Assembly: GCA_951406725.2 (NCBI GenBank)
Contig: OX597815.1
Span: forward strand, 189,472,001-189,536,000
DNA: 64,000 nucleotides
Reading direction: 5' to 3'
Origin: Octopus vulgaris
Lineage: Eukaryota
Shown: positions 50,000 through 63,417 of the stretch, in pieces
How the letters are laid out: every line of letters starts with the position of its first letter
How positions within the stretch are numbered: the stretch's first letter is position 1
Made by a program: the position numbers and the translations under genes
Notes under the pieces: model-generated
Database searches by the model: none
Told to the model about the DNA's origin: nothing
The model's input: the letters and a program-made list of their open reading frames with translations, nothing else

Positions 50000-51774
50000 A
50001 GTGGTGGTGGTAGTGATGATGATATATAGCGATAACAAAAAACTAGTACAAAGGTAGCGGGTTGGCAGAACAGTAAGAATATCAGATTGGATACCTTGCA
50101 GTATTGTTCCATCTCTTTTTGTTCTGAATTCAAATACTGCCATGATTCACTTGGATGGTAGATTTAATCCATTACTTAGTTTAAAAAACCATTACCTGGT
50201 ACCCACCTTTGGTGGAGTCCACTCTGTAGAGAGCATTCAGATTAAATCTCCAGTTTGAAGATAGCTTCCCCCCCACCCCAACAGTCTGGAATTCCTAAGA
50301 CTGTTGACTCCATTAAAAACCTAACAAATTAAACTGAGACGTCTGTAATGTCTCTATTTCAGCTGAACTCATTTCACCCCGTAACAGCTTATAATATACT
50401 ACTTGCTATATCACTTGTTTTTCATTAACACCTTTCTACCTGCCCTACCTGATTAACTGAGTAATTAACACTCACAGTTTGTTGCCTGATTCTTTCAACA
50501 TCTCAGCAATTATTCTCAATGGAACTGCTGCTTTTCCAGCCTTCCTGGTCTTAATTGCCTTTCTAATAATGACAAAACCAACTTTAATAGCTATCTTCCT
50601 ATTTGATTGTCTTTGGAGTAGTTTCTTAACACATGAATTTAATAATTAGAATTAAAGGGGTAAAATATTACAGAAAGGCATGAAATATAAGAAAGAGAAT
50701 CGGAGAGAAACAGAAAGAAATTAAACACCACAAGAGGGAGAGAGAGAGAATTAATTTCATCAACTTTGTTAATGCTTTAAGTCTGTCAGTGAAATGTTGT
50801 CTGCTGGAAAATTAATATAATTTTTTTTCTAGTCTCATCAAGACTTGAGTACTTCAGTTAGAAAAGGCATTTTGATACAAGCAGTTCCAAACAATGGATC
50901 TTTCTTTTTTCTTTTACATTAGTTTATTTTATTTCTTGTTTAAAGTAGAATGGTATCATTTTACAAAGTGAACCATGAGCTGCAACTCTTCTCCTCCACA
51001 TTCTTGATGATTGTAACAAAAAATTCTAACGGCATAACAGTGTTTTTAAGAATTCTTTTTGAAGGGTAATGATTAGAAAATATTCTATTTATGTTGCCGA
51101 GAGGCATTAAACTTAAACTGAGTAATGTTTGCATAAGCAACGGTTTCATTGTCAAGATATGTCAGAAATCTAAGAGATCCACACCAAACTGGTGAAATAC
51201 AAGGCAGTAACAGAAGCACAGTTAACCAGGATGCATTGATGAACTTGCAGCTTAGTAGTTACAAAAACGAGCCTTAGAAAAGTAAGAGTATACCAGTCAG
51301 TTTGTTACTGATGTGAAGATATGGTTAGTGAACTTGAGATTGATTGGGCCCAGATCTTCTGGTAGATAGGAATAAGTAAGAGGCTATGAGAACAAAGTGG
51401 CTTATATTACATAAAAATGAATGGGAGTAAGTTATTCTTTCTGAAGAGAAGTGATTCCAGTTTGAAATTATTATAAATGGTTGTGTCCTTAGTAAATTTA
51501 GTTGGTGTCCAATATTCTTGTGAAGATTGCCTCTTTACCTTCTTTTGATAACAAAAAATTGGTAGTTTTCCTGTGTCTGGTAGCTTTTACAGGTCAACTA
51601 CTCAGTAAAAGCCAACTAAATCCTCATCAATTTCTTCAAGTACCAAATGAGAGAGAATTCTTATTTTAAGGAAAGCAAGTGAGAGTAGGAAATTTGATTT
51701 GGATAAAAGTTGTTTGAATTGAATTTCACCTGTTTTGAGTTTTAAGTAATACATATATCCATGTGCCTTCACTA

Positions 51775-52172
51775 ATAGGAGTTATGGTACTCAGTCAGTT
51801 ACAATGATGAGGGTTCCAGTTGATCCAATCAACAGAACAGCCTGCTCGTGAAATTAATGTGCAAGTGGTTGAGCATTCTACAGACACATGTATCCTTAAT
51901 GTAATAGTTCCCAGGGAGATTCAGTGTGACACAGAGTGTGACAAGGCTGGCCCTTTGAAATTCAGGTACAAGAGAAACAGGAAGAAAGAGTGAGAGAAAT
52001 TTGTGGTGAAAGAGTACAACAGGGCTTGCCACCCCCCACCCCCTGCCGGAGCCTCGTGGAGCTTTAGATGTTTTCGTACAATAAACACTCACAATGCCTG
52101 GTCTGGGAATTGAAACCACAATCCTACAATGGTGAGTCCACTGCCTTAACCATTGGGCCATTGTATCTCCAC
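51775..52172 (-). mobile_element. tRNA-headed SINE (family E-like head, different body)
   Basis: Minus-strand head gtggagatacaatggcccaatggttaag..gtttcaattccc. Confidence 0.6.
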
Positions 52173-52188
52173 ACTAGTAGGGGTAGTT

Positions 52189-52419
52189 ATTTCTTTACTA
52201 CCCACAAGGGGCTAAACACAGAGGGGACAAACAAGGATAGACAAACAGATTAAGTCGATTACATCGACCCAGTGCGTAACTGATACTTAATCTTTCGACC
52301 CTGAAAGGATGAAAGGCAAAGTCAACCTCAGTGGAATTTGAACTAAGAACGTAGCGGCAGACGAAATACCGCTAAGCATTTCACCCAGTTTGCTAATGTT
52401 ACTGCCAGCTCGCCACCTT
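52189..52419 (-). mobile_element. SINE family B
   Basis: 15-bp TSD ctagtaggggtagtt at 52174-52188 and 52421-52435. Confidence 0.92.
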
Positions 52420-53110
52420 CCTAGTAGGGGTAGTTGCAGCAAAAGCAAGGGTACCAGTATTCCATTGCCAAAAGTATGACCTTTGGATTTGTTGACATTA
52501 TAATCTTGGATGAACAGCTTTTAATTTCCACTTGATTATTTAACTGCAGTAGTTAAGCTTCAGAAATGAATATTCACCTTTATTTAATTGTATTAAAATT
52601 TTTTAAAAACAGAATTTAAAAATCAATAATATTGAAAAATTAGATGACTTAAACAAAAATCTACTTCTTGGAGAAAAATTTGCTTCAACAGTATTTTTCT
52701 CACTGTTGTAATAATCTGCTTCAAGATATCTCATATTATTTATTTTATTGTCACATTAAAATATGCTGTGATGCTCTGACATTCAGAAAAATATTTGTTT
52801 TATTTCGTTCATGTTTTGTTTTTGTGGTTCTATGTGACATAAAATAAATATTTTCATTACATGCAAATGAAAGAAACAATTAAATGTTTTCCCTTAATTT
52901 GAACTGCTGCTTTTAAAATCTTTTTAAAAGAGTTCATTTAAAGCTGACAAGACAAATATCGATATGCAGGTTCTACTATAGCTTCAGGTTAACCCAAGTC
53001 TTGAGAATGAAATTGCATAGGAATAAAGTGGATGCTGTAGGTATCTGTAATTAAAAAGTTAGCATTGTCATCCAATGAGCCACCTGGCTTTGCTTACACA
53101 CACATACACG

Positions 53111-53367
53111 CTGAGAGTTGCTGAAGCATGGAACAAACTGCCGGCATCAGTTGTTAGTTGTCGGAGCACTGTGTCCCTCAAAACTTCCATGCTTTCTGAG
53201 ATTCGCCAACACTACACCTGATTTTCTCCCTTCCATACACGCACAAGCATATATCTGACTCATACATTTTTCACTTTCCAGACATTTGTACATTACTGCA
53301 TACACTTTATATGCACTTTCTGACAAGTTGTGGTGCGCCTGAGCACTGTATACAATAATTTCCTTAT

Positions 53368-53368
<1 letters not shown>
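53111..53368 (+). mobile_element. LINE (CR1/L2 group) extreme 3' fragment
   Basis: Translates LRVAEAWNKLPASVVSCRSTVSLKTSM, matching the WNxLP C-terminal motif of such RTs, followed by a UTR. Confidence 0.65.
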
Positions 53369-53403
<35 letters not shown>

Positions 53404-54371
53404 CATACATACCTACATACATACATACATACATACATACATACATACATACATACATACGTACATACATATGTATATATATATATATATTTAAATTTAA
53501 ACTGGTCTTGTGCATACGTGGATATATATGTATGTATATGTAAGTATATCGTATGTTGTATATATATATATTTGTATTTATGTGCTTTCTGTATATTCCA
53601 CTGCTGAAGGCAGAGCACTTCTTATGCAGAGCCAGAAATCCGGGATATGGAATTATCCAGTAATTTTTTTTTTGCTAGTTTATTTTGTCTCTGTCTTCTC
53701 TCCTGGTGCTGTATGAACATTTAATGTGGTTTTAGAGTCAAGTTTTGGCAGTCCTCAGTTGAACTGACCAACCCATGCCAGCAGGCAAAGCGGGCATTAA
53801 ATGATGATGATCATGATGATGATGATGAGGATGAAACACACATGCACACACACAAACACTCATTTATAGTCAACAGCCCATGTATAGACAGATCTAAAGA
53901 GAGTTTGTCTCCAGATGTATTATCTTTTGTCAACAATATAAAGAAGGATCAGCTGGATTAGTTTCAATCTAGTGTTAGGATTTCTTCAGTCACTGATTAC
54001 TCTCTTTAACTCTACATAGATGTAACAGAAGAAATGCTTCACTGTTTATAAACTTACAATTACAAATGACGACTTAACTAAATTAGATCAGCTTTCTTAC
54101 ATAATGCATTCTTGGCAGCTTGTTGGATTAAAATATCTGTAGAATTTTAAGAGGATTTTGGTTTAAAGTTGTTACAGCATATTACTGAGTACAATGTATT
54201 ACAGAATATATCTACAGATTCTTAGCTAATTGGTTTGTTTAATTTATTCTGTATTTATGACAGTGGAACATGGTCTTTGGCTATGGCGAGCTGGCAGAAA
54301 CTTTAGCGTGCTGGGCGAAATGCTTGGCGGCATTTCGTCTGTCATTATGAGTTCGTCTGAGTTCAAATTCT

Positions 54372-55100
54372 GCCCAAGAGCAAGCACTAAGAACAAACTA
54401 CATAAAATACAGAACAGACAACACATCAGAAAGTGATAAGTGCAGAATCTGAGGGCAAAATGGTGAAACCGTTTAGCATATTACCAGCCAATGTACGCCA
54501 CTAGCCCAGAAGGAATATAAGAGATGCCATGACAATAAAGCCAGGCTTGTCCATTGGACACTTTGCAACAAGTATGGACTTGACTCAGCAAAATATTGGT
54601 ACAACCACAAACCCGAAGGCATCATCAAAAATAATAAGGCAAAGAGCCTATGGGTTTGTTTTGATTCAGTGTAACCATGAAATAGAGAATAGGAAGCAAG
54701 CCATAGTCTTAATTGAGAAAGAAAACAAACTATGCTGGATCATGGATATAGCATGTCCAGCTGACAACAAAGTGTGTGATAAGGAAGAAAGAAAAGTCGA
54801 TAGGTATGACAGGTTGGCTTGGGAGGTTAAGCAGTTGTAGTCGATGAAAAAAGGTGGTAGTAGTACCAATAATTATTGGCGCTCTGGGAACAGTGAGTAA
54901 AATTCTTGAGAAGTATATTGAACAAATAGGGGCTGCAATAAGGGTGGAGCACTTGCAGAAAACAACACTGCTTGGAACCACTAGAATACTCCAGAAGGTG
55001 CTTAAAAAATAAGAGGTGTTACATTAGTTCCCTGGTAGTGAACAGCTGAAACTGTAGTACATCTCCAGAATTAGAAGCTGTGCAAAAGCAATAATAATAA
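54372..55100 (+). pseudogene. R4/Dong-type non-LTR retrotransposon 3' fragment (CCHC knuckle plus restriction-like endonuclease), degraded
   Basis: AQEQALRTNYIK..KCRI*GQNGETV*HITSQC..HDNKARLVHW..IMDIACPAD..KVDRY..VVPIIIGALG..LQKTTLLGTTRIL; (AAT)n tail. Confidence 0.85.
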
Positions 55101-55317
55101 TATTTAAAATAACATTAGACATTCGTTAATATTTTTCTCACTGTGAAATTAAGTTTTGTTAAGATTTTTAAATCACTTCTGCTTACATTAAGTATCTCAA
55201 AATTAATCTTGACTAAAGTAATTAAATAATTTAATCTGAAATAAAAACTAATAATTTCTCACAGTTGAAACTTATATTCTTGATAAAAGTGAACAATTGC
55301 TAAATTTTAATAAACAT

Positions 55318-55722
55318 AAGTGCAGGATTGGCTGTGTGGTAAGTAGCTTGCTTACCAACTACATGGTTCTGGGTTCAGTCCCACTGCCTGGCATTCTGGG
55401 CAAGTGTCTTCTACTATAGCCTCGGGCCGACCAAAGCCTTGTGAGTGGAACTAGTAGACGGAAACTGAAAGAAGCCTGTTGTATATATGTATATATATAT
55501 GTATGTGGGTTTGTGTGTCTGTGTTTGTCTCCCCAACATCGCTTGACAACCGATGTTGGTGTGTTTACGTTCCTGTAACTTAGCGGTTCGGCAAAAGAGA
55601 TTGATAGAATAAGTACTAGGCTTACAAAGGATAAATCCTAGGGTCGATTTGCTCGACTAAAAAGGCAGTGCTCCAGCATGGCCGCAATCAAATGACTGAA
55701 GCAAGTAAAAGAGTAAAAGAGT
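55318..55722 (+). mobile_element. SINE family A
   Basis: Full-length match to family A. Confidence 0.9.
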
Positions 55723-55934
55723 ATTGTGCATTTTCAGATGATATATTCAGAAAGATTCAGGCATAGCTGAGTGGTTAAGAAGATGGCTTCCCAACCATGC
55801 AGTTTTGAGTTCAGTCCCATTATGTTCCATATTTGGAAAGTGTCTTATCCAATTGGCCAAGGCTTACCAAAGCCTTCTTGTTGGATATGGTAGAGAGAAA
55901 TTGAAAGAAACTCATTGTGTATATATACAATATA

Positions 55935-56246
55935 CAGTAATCCCTCACCATATTGTGGGTCACCTGTCGCGGTTTATAATTTGAGCTTATGTCGATTCCT
56001 CCGTGGTGTTGTTTTGCATTTATAATAAAATAAATATATACAAGTTATAAAAATAACAAAACAAAATAATATACAGGCGCAGGAGTGGCTGTGTGGTAAG
56101 TAGCTTGCTTACCAACCACATGGTTCCGGGTTCAGTCCCACTGCGTGGCACCTTGGGCGAGTGTCTTCTGCTATAGCCTCGGGCCGACCAAAGCCTTGTG
56201 AGTGGATTTGGTAGACGGAAACTGAAAGAAGACTGTCGTATATATG

Positions 56247-56277
<31 letters not shown>

Positions 56278-56581
56278 ATGTGTTTGTGTGTGTGTGTTTG
56301 TCCCTCTAGCATTTCTTGACAACCGATGCTGGTGTGTTTACGTCCCCGTCACTTGGCGGTTCGGCAAAAGAGTATGATAGAATAAGTACTGGGCTTACAA
56401 AGAATAAGTCCCGGGTTCGATTTGCTTGACTAAAGGCGGTGCTCCAGCATGGCCGCAGTCAAATGACTGAAACAAGTAAAAGAGTAAAGAGAGTACAGTA
56501 CTGTTTCTACTTTGCTGATTTTCACCTATCGTGGGGGTGGCAGAGGTTTGGAATGTAACACCCAATAGTCGAGGACTATTG
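55935..56581. mobile_element. pogo/Tigger-like MITE with nested family A SINE (56075-56493, +)
   Basis: TA-cagtaatccctc...cgaggactattg-TA termini; internal tacagtactgt. Confidence 0.6.
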
Positions 56582-56583
56582 TA

Positions 56584-56632
<49 letters not shown>

Positions 56633-56634
<2 letters not shown>

Positions 56635-56870
56635 AAAGTAAGAAGAAAAATGCCAAAATGCACATTGGATATAAAAAAATATAAAGGCTTTTTTTATGAA
56701 AAGTAACGATAAATATATACAATTAAATGAACTGAGGTAGAATTAAGAAGAATAAAAGTCATTTTTTAAAAATTGTTAAAGAGATAACAATTCGAAATAA
56801 CGACTTTAAAAAAAATCTTTATATTTTTGATATCCAATGTGCATTTTCCCCTTTTTTCTTCTTACTTTCC
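56633..56870. repeat. inverted repeat (~55-bp arms, ~130-bp spacer) in a (TA)n-flanked cassette
   Basis: ggaaagtaagaagaaaaa..aaaatgcacattggatat..aatataaag / ctttatatt..atatccaatgtgcatttt..tttttcttcttactttcc. Confidence 0.85.
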
Positions 56871-57185
56871 CCATATATCTACCCTGTGTACTTTATTTTT
56901 CTCTTTGAAACCTATTTCTATTATATATATATATGTAAATGTTTTAATAACAAGGAATATTTTTCTTGCATGGAGGTTTTATATTTCTAGTAATGCATAG
57001 CTAGATGTTTCAGCATTACATGTACTTTTATGGGGCCACCTCATCATATCAATAGGATATTATTAAATGTTATTTAAATATCCAGCAACCCTATGGGGGC
57101 CCCTTAATTAAAATACATATATTTCTTCAGGCACTTTTTGCCATTATGAGTGCACTGGTAGACATCTACCATATGCAAGATACAA

Positions 57186-57240
<55 letters not shown>

Positions 57241-57244
<4 letters not shown>

Positions 57245-57544
57245 TAAAAACGGTAAGATAACAAAAGAAAGAAAGAGACCTCAATATTATGTAAATAGAG
57301 GAAATTTATCTATAAAATAATAGGTTACAATTATTCAAAAGTCAAGATAAAACTCTGAGTTTCGGATGCCGAAGTGGAAATCCACAATGCCATCTCTTCG
57401 GTTATCTGGCCATCTGAAAAACGCTAAGAAAAAATACCGTTGTATAAAGGGAAATTACTGTGTTATAATTCCGCTACTTATATAAATTAAGATTAAAAGT
57501 TCATAGTTCAGAGTTTTATCTTGACTTTTGAATAATTGTAACAT

Positions 57545-57548
<4 letters not shown>
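57241..57548 (-). mobile_element. (TA)n-flanked Penelope-like remnant with hammerhead (57345-57407) and inverted terminal segment
   Basis: Minus strand: agataa-CCGAAGA-gatg..catc-c-GAAAC-TCAGA-GTT-ttatct; 57509-57543 is an inverted copy of 57323-57358. Confidence 0.7.
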
Positions 57549-57589
<41 letters not shown>

Positions 57590-57675
57590 GTGTATGTGTG
57601 TGCGTGCATGTTAAATACAATGAGACAACAAAACCAAGGTTCTGAGGAATTTATAGGACATTTATAAAGAGAAAG

Positions 57676-57732
57676 GTAGTTTTACAGCTGTTTCTGGGAT
57701 ATTAGGGACATTCCCTCATCAGAGATAACTAG
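57676..57732 (-). ncRNA. type I hammerhead ribozyme core
   Basis: Minus strand: tagttatct-CTGATGA-GGGA-atgtccctaata-TCCC-a-GAAAC-AGCT-GTA-aaacta; stem I imperfect. Confidence 0.65.
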
Positions 57733-57799
57733 AGGGATTCACGTTAACAAAGGGACGTGTGTTTGACTCACACATGGATAGAAAAGCCTTCTTTTTCAT

Positions 57800-58231
57800 A
57801 GGCGTAGAAGTGGCTGTGTGGTAAGTATAGGCTTAGGAGTGGCTGTGTGGTAAGTAGCTTGTTTACGAACCACATGGTTCCGGGTTCAGTCCCACTGCGT
57901 GGCACCTAGGACAAGTGTCTTCTACTACAGCCTCAGGCCAACCAAAGCCTTGTGAATGGATTTCGTAGACAGAAACTGAAAGAAGCCTGTCATATATATG
58001 CATATGTATATGTGTGTGTGTTTGTGTGTCTCTGTTTGTCCCCACAAACATCGCTTGACAACCGATGCTGGTGTGTTTACGACCTCATAACTTAGTGGGT
58101 TGGCAAAAGAGACCAATGGAATAAGTACTAGCCTAACAAAGAATAAGTCCTGTGGTTGATTTGTTCGACTAAAGGCAGTGCTCCTGCGTGGCCACAGTCA
58201 AATGACTGAAACAAGTAAAAGAATAAAAGAA
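57800..58231 (+). mobile_element. SINE family A with duplicated first ~29 nt
   Basis: aggcgtagaagtggctgtgtggtaagta followed by aggcttaggagtggctgtgtggtaagta. Confidence 0.88.
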
Positions 58232-58245
58232 TATATATGTAAATA

Positions 58246-58292
<47 letters not shown>

Positions 58293-58294
58293 AT

Positions 58295-58389
58295 ATGTTA
58301 CAATTATTCAATAGTCAAGATAAAACTCTGAGTTTCGGATGCCAAAATGGAAATCCACAACACCATCTCTTCGGTTATCTGGCCATCTG
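58295..58389 (-). mobile_element. ~95-bp hammerhead-only fragment of the 57241-57548 family between (TA)n tracts
   Basis: Near-identical to 57323-57416. Confidence 0.7.
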
Positions 58390-58398
58390 TATATATGC

Positions 58399-58488
<90 letters not shown>

Positions 58489-59406
58489 ATAATTATACGT
58501 ACTTGTACATATGTATGTGTGTATGTATAAAGACCATATAATATACGCATATATATATGTATCTGTATAAAGAACATAAAAGCACACACATACATATGTG
58601 TGTGTGTAGTGAGAGGGTTGGGATTTGTGTGTGTGTGCAGCAGATATGTTACAGTTGCTTAATGTAGGAAATGCTACCTCCTGTAAGACAGCTAATTTCA
58701 GCAATAATGATGCAGGATATTATTTAATGTAGTTGCTTCATTTACTAAAGCAAGACTTCAGCACGTACTACATTTGCAAGTTGATAACTAACAGCAATGA
58801 TTTTAAGCATCAACACCATTGCTAACAACACCGTTGCTATTGCTTGTTATCACCATACCCACTGTCACAAACATCACAACCACAGCTTTGAAATAAATAA
58901 AAATAAAAAAAAGGAATAAATAAATGTGTAAATAAAATAAAAATAAAAAGTATAAACAAATATAACAGGTAAAACTAAAAACAGGAATGAGGAGGAAAGA
59001 AACCAAAAAAAAAAGAAAAAAATGATAGCATTGAAATATGAAAGGAGTGAAAGAGAGGAAGAAAGAATAAAATAACGAGTAATTAAAAATTATAATTAAA
59101 AAAACAAAAAACAAAAATAAAAATAAAAACACTGGTTAGCAACAGGGAAATTTGTTACCATAAAGATTTTGATGCTAATCATAAATTAATTCTAACTGAA
59201 TCTACATACTTCGCATAAAGATCTATGAAACGCAGCACTAATTATCATTAAAAGCTGTGTTTTTACTTCTGGGTGATGATGACAACGGAATCAGCTCAAT
59301 CGTGTTACACCTCTGTCTATTTACTTATTAATTATGCTATTTTTGTCGTTTTCATGGTGACGATATTATTCTTCCTACACAGCTTCCTCTGCATCCTCAT
59401 TCTCTA

Positions 59407-59581
59407 ACACACACACACACACACACACAGATACATATGTATGTATATATGCATTTATATATATATATATATATATATACATACATATGTATACATATAT
59501 ATTTATATACATATATATATATACATATATATATAAATATATATATATGTATATATATGTATATATATATATATGTGTATA

Positions 59582-59630
<49 letters not shown>

Positions 59631-59737
59631 GTGTGTATATGTGTATATATATATATACATATATATATACATATATATATATACATAAGTATATATATAT
59701 ATACATGTATATATATATATGTATATATATATGTATA

Positions 59738-59787
<50 letters not shown>

Positions 59788-59791
59788 CACA
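59407..59791. repeat. (TA)n-rich compound microsatellite
   Basis: Read directly. Confidence 0.9.
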
Positions 59792-59860
59792 CGTTGTGCT
59801 GCTTTTACCTTACGATTGCACAGTAGATATTTTTTTGTAGCTGGGTTGTTGTTGTTTTTT

Positions 59861-59905
59861 GTGGAGGCGGGTGGAGGCGGGTGGAGGCGGGTGGAGGCGG
59901 GTGGT
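59861..59905. repeat. 10-bp G-rich tandem repeat (GTGGAGGCGG) x4
   Basis: Read directly. Confidence 0.95.
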
Positions 59906-60162
59906 GGTTGTTTGCATTTGTTTTCCTTTGTGTTATATTTTATCATATTTTACTTCATTTTATTTTATTTTCTTCCATCTATTAAGACAGATCAGAGTAA
60001 AAAAAAAAAAAAGAAGCAGTGAATAAAATGATAAAATACACACAAGAAATACCAGCAGAGCAATCATACATTCAATTATTATATGAGAAGCAACACTGAA
60101 CTCTTAAGCAAGTTTCAATAGAAGCCTAACATGGTGTAGTAACATGGCAGATATAAAATTCG

Positions 60163-60207
60163 TTATTATCATTATTATCATTATTATTATTATCATTATT
60201 ATTATCA

Positions 60208-60274
<67 letters not shown>

Positions 60275-60287
60275 CATTATTATTATT
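60163..60287. repeat. (ATT)n microsatellite
   Basis: Read directly. Confidence 0.95.
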
Positions 60288-60906
60288 TCTGCTATTAGCA
60301 ACTGAGAACAAAACTAAATTTATCCATGCTTCTCTAACTGAAATATCTTGTAAGTTGACATTCAAAGCAATCATTTCTTCCAGTTCTATTTGATTTCCTC
60401 AATTCCTCTGCACACAATAATTGCATTCAACCAATGTATTGGTGGGGGTGGGGTGGAGTTTTGGGGAGATGAAGATAGATTTTTTTTTCTCTCTCTCTCT
60501 CAGAATTAGAGAAAGAACAGTCATATGAAATAACAGACTCAACTAGAGAAAATCCTTGATATCTAGTTATTTTGTTGCCAATGCAAAACCAAATGTCACT
60601 TGAATCCTTCACACAAAACGAACATATATATATATATATATGTGTGTGTGTGTATATATATATATACATATATATATATATACATATATACATATATATA
60701 TATACATATATATATATATATGTATAGATAGAAAGATAGATAAATAAATATATGTGTGTGTAGGTATATATATATATGTGTATATGTATACACACACACA
60801 CACACACACACACACATATGTATTTATATCTGTGCATATGTGTCTGTGTGTACAACGGATGATAGATATCAAATGATGATGATGATGATATATATATATA
60901 TGTAAA

Positions 60907-60939
<33 letters not shown>

Positions 60940-60980
60940 ATGTATATATGTATATATATATATATCTAGCTATCTATCTA

Positions 60981-61026
<46 letters not shown>

Positions 61027-61463
61027 TGAATAATTTCAGATGCAACACAATTTTCCATTGGTGACCAGGCTGCAGTTTGAAGCTGCAAAAATTTTGACGC
61101 CATATTACAAATAAATGTTTGTGTGAAGTCATGTGTTCCTAAATGGCTAACTTGCTTTTACCATGCTACAATCACTTTAGCTTCAGCACATGATCTCAGC
61201 CCAAAACACATGCAATGCAAGTGAATCCCTAATAATGATGTGTTGTGTGTGTGTGTGTTTGTGTATGTGTATGTGTGTGTATATGACTGTGTGTGCATAG
61301 ACATATATTGGTGCCTCCAGAGTGGAATCTATATTATCGATCATGACCAAAATTGTGCTTTGACCCCTCTGGCCGATAACTGATGAAGAATTGGTGACCT
61401 TCTGTATTTTCTGTTCACCTGTGTATTTAGTGTATGTTTGTTTGTTTATTTACCACATGTTTT

Positions 61464-61532
<69 letters not shown>

Positions 61533-61695
61533 TAGATATATAGGTATGTCATATTTTCTGTTTGTTGTCCTTTTATATAAACCTGAAAATATTATTTATG
61601 TAACGCATGCACTCGTTAATTTTATACATACACACACACAGAACATGACAGAAATCAAATGAATAGCAAATGACAATACAAGTAAGGACTCCAAG

Positions 61696-62108
61696 GACAG
61701 GGAGCTGGCAAAAATGTCAGCATGCCAGGCGAAATGCTTAGGGGTATTTTGTCTGCTGTTTTGTTCTGTGTTCAACTTCCACCAAGGTTAACTTTGCCTT
61801 TCATCCTTTCGGGGTCGATTAAATAAGTACCAGTTACACACTGGAGGTCTATGTAATTGAATTAATCCGTTTGTCTGTCCTTGTTTGTCCCTCTGTGTTT
61901 AGCCCCTTGTGGGTAATAAAGAAATAGGTATTTTGTTTGCCATTATGTTCTGAGTTCAAATTCCACTGAGGTCGACTTTGCCTTTGATCCTTTTGGGGAT
62001 CAATTAAATAAGTACCAGTTATGCACTGGAGGTCAGTGTAATCAACTTAATCCCTTTGTCCTTGTTTGTCCCATCTATGTTTAGCCCCCTGTGGTCAATA
62101 AAGAAATA
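61696..62108 (+). mobile_element. SINE family B dimer
   Basis: The second unit restarts at ggtattttgt.., the same junction as in 40364-40780. Confidence 0.85.
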
Positions 62109-62449
62109 AAAACCTTGCTGAAGACAAGACTGAAGAGATTCCTTTCTAGAGCTTGTAACACGAAACTAAGCAGCCAGTACCCTGAAAAAGGATCAGAGAT
62201 AAAAATGGCTTCTAACTGGAGAAACCATGCAAAAACAAAAATGGATGGTATGAGAACAAGTCCCCTACCAGATGGTCCTTGGCCTATCTAGGGTATCAAT
62301 AACTCCAAAGAATATGAATAAGGCTGAGATAATCTATCCTTTTTATAGAAGCATAAAAATCAGACATACAAATGATGAAGATCTATAATGGAGATCTATA
62401 ATGGAGAGAGAGAGAATTTGTGATTGAAGGATACTCTGAGATAGTTCTT

Positions 62450-63181
62450 TTTAGTTTTGGCACAAATCCAACAATCTTTAAGTAGAGGAGGATGTTGGTT
62501 GCATTTATTTCTTTATTGCCCACAGCACGCTAAATATAGAGGGAACAAACAAGGACAGAGAAAGGAATTAAGTCGATTACATCGACCCCAGTGCATAAAT
62601 GGTACTTATTTATTCGACTATGAAAGGATGAAAGGCAAAGTTGACTTTGGTGGAATTTGAACGTAACACCAGACGAAATACCGCTAAGCATTTTGTCCAG
62701 CATGCTAATGTTTCTGCCATCTTGCTATCCTTCACATTCTAAATAATATTTTCTACTTGAGGCACAAGGCCCAAAATTTTGTGGGAGGGGGTCAGTCGAT
62801 TAGAGTAACCTCAGTATGCAACAGGCACTTAATTTATCGATCCCCAAAAGGATGAAAGGCAAAGTCAAGGCAGAATTTGAACTCAGAACGTAAAGACAGA
62901 CAAAATGCAGTTAAGAATTTCGATTGGCATGCTAATGTTTCTGCCAGCTCGCCATCTTTAATGATATTCTTTTCTACTCTAGGCACAAGGCCTACACTTT
63001 TTGGGGAGGGGCCAGTCAATTAGATCGACCCCAGTATGCAACTGGTACTTAATTCATTGATCCTGAAAGGATGTAAGGTGAAGTTGACCTCAACAGAATT
63101 TGAACTCAGAATGTAAAGACGGATGAAATACTGTTAAGCATTTCGCCCAGAATGCTAACGATTCTGTCAGCTGGCTGCCTT
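62450..63181 (-). mobile_element. cluster of family B and variant-tail SINEs
   Basis: Three consecutive core+head units with different tails. Confidence 0.8.
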
Positions 63182-63417
63182 TGTGTATGATAAATGATTA
63201 ATAATATTATGTTAGGCATTTTCTAAATCATAAAAGATAAGTGTTTAGGATTTAAATGAAGAGAGAAATATTAATGCATAGTTTTTTTGTTTTTTTTTAA
63301 ATAAACCTTAGTGCTTTATAAATACTTATCTTCATCAGCAATGAAAATAAAATAGAATAAAATAAAATAAAATAAAATATGATAAATAGTGAGAAAAAAT
63401 TGAATTGACCAAAACTC

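Noticed and set aside
59861-59905. Telomeric or functional G-quadruplex repeat
   Set aside because: Not TTAGGG; four copies of a 10-mer with mostly two-G runs and no other support.
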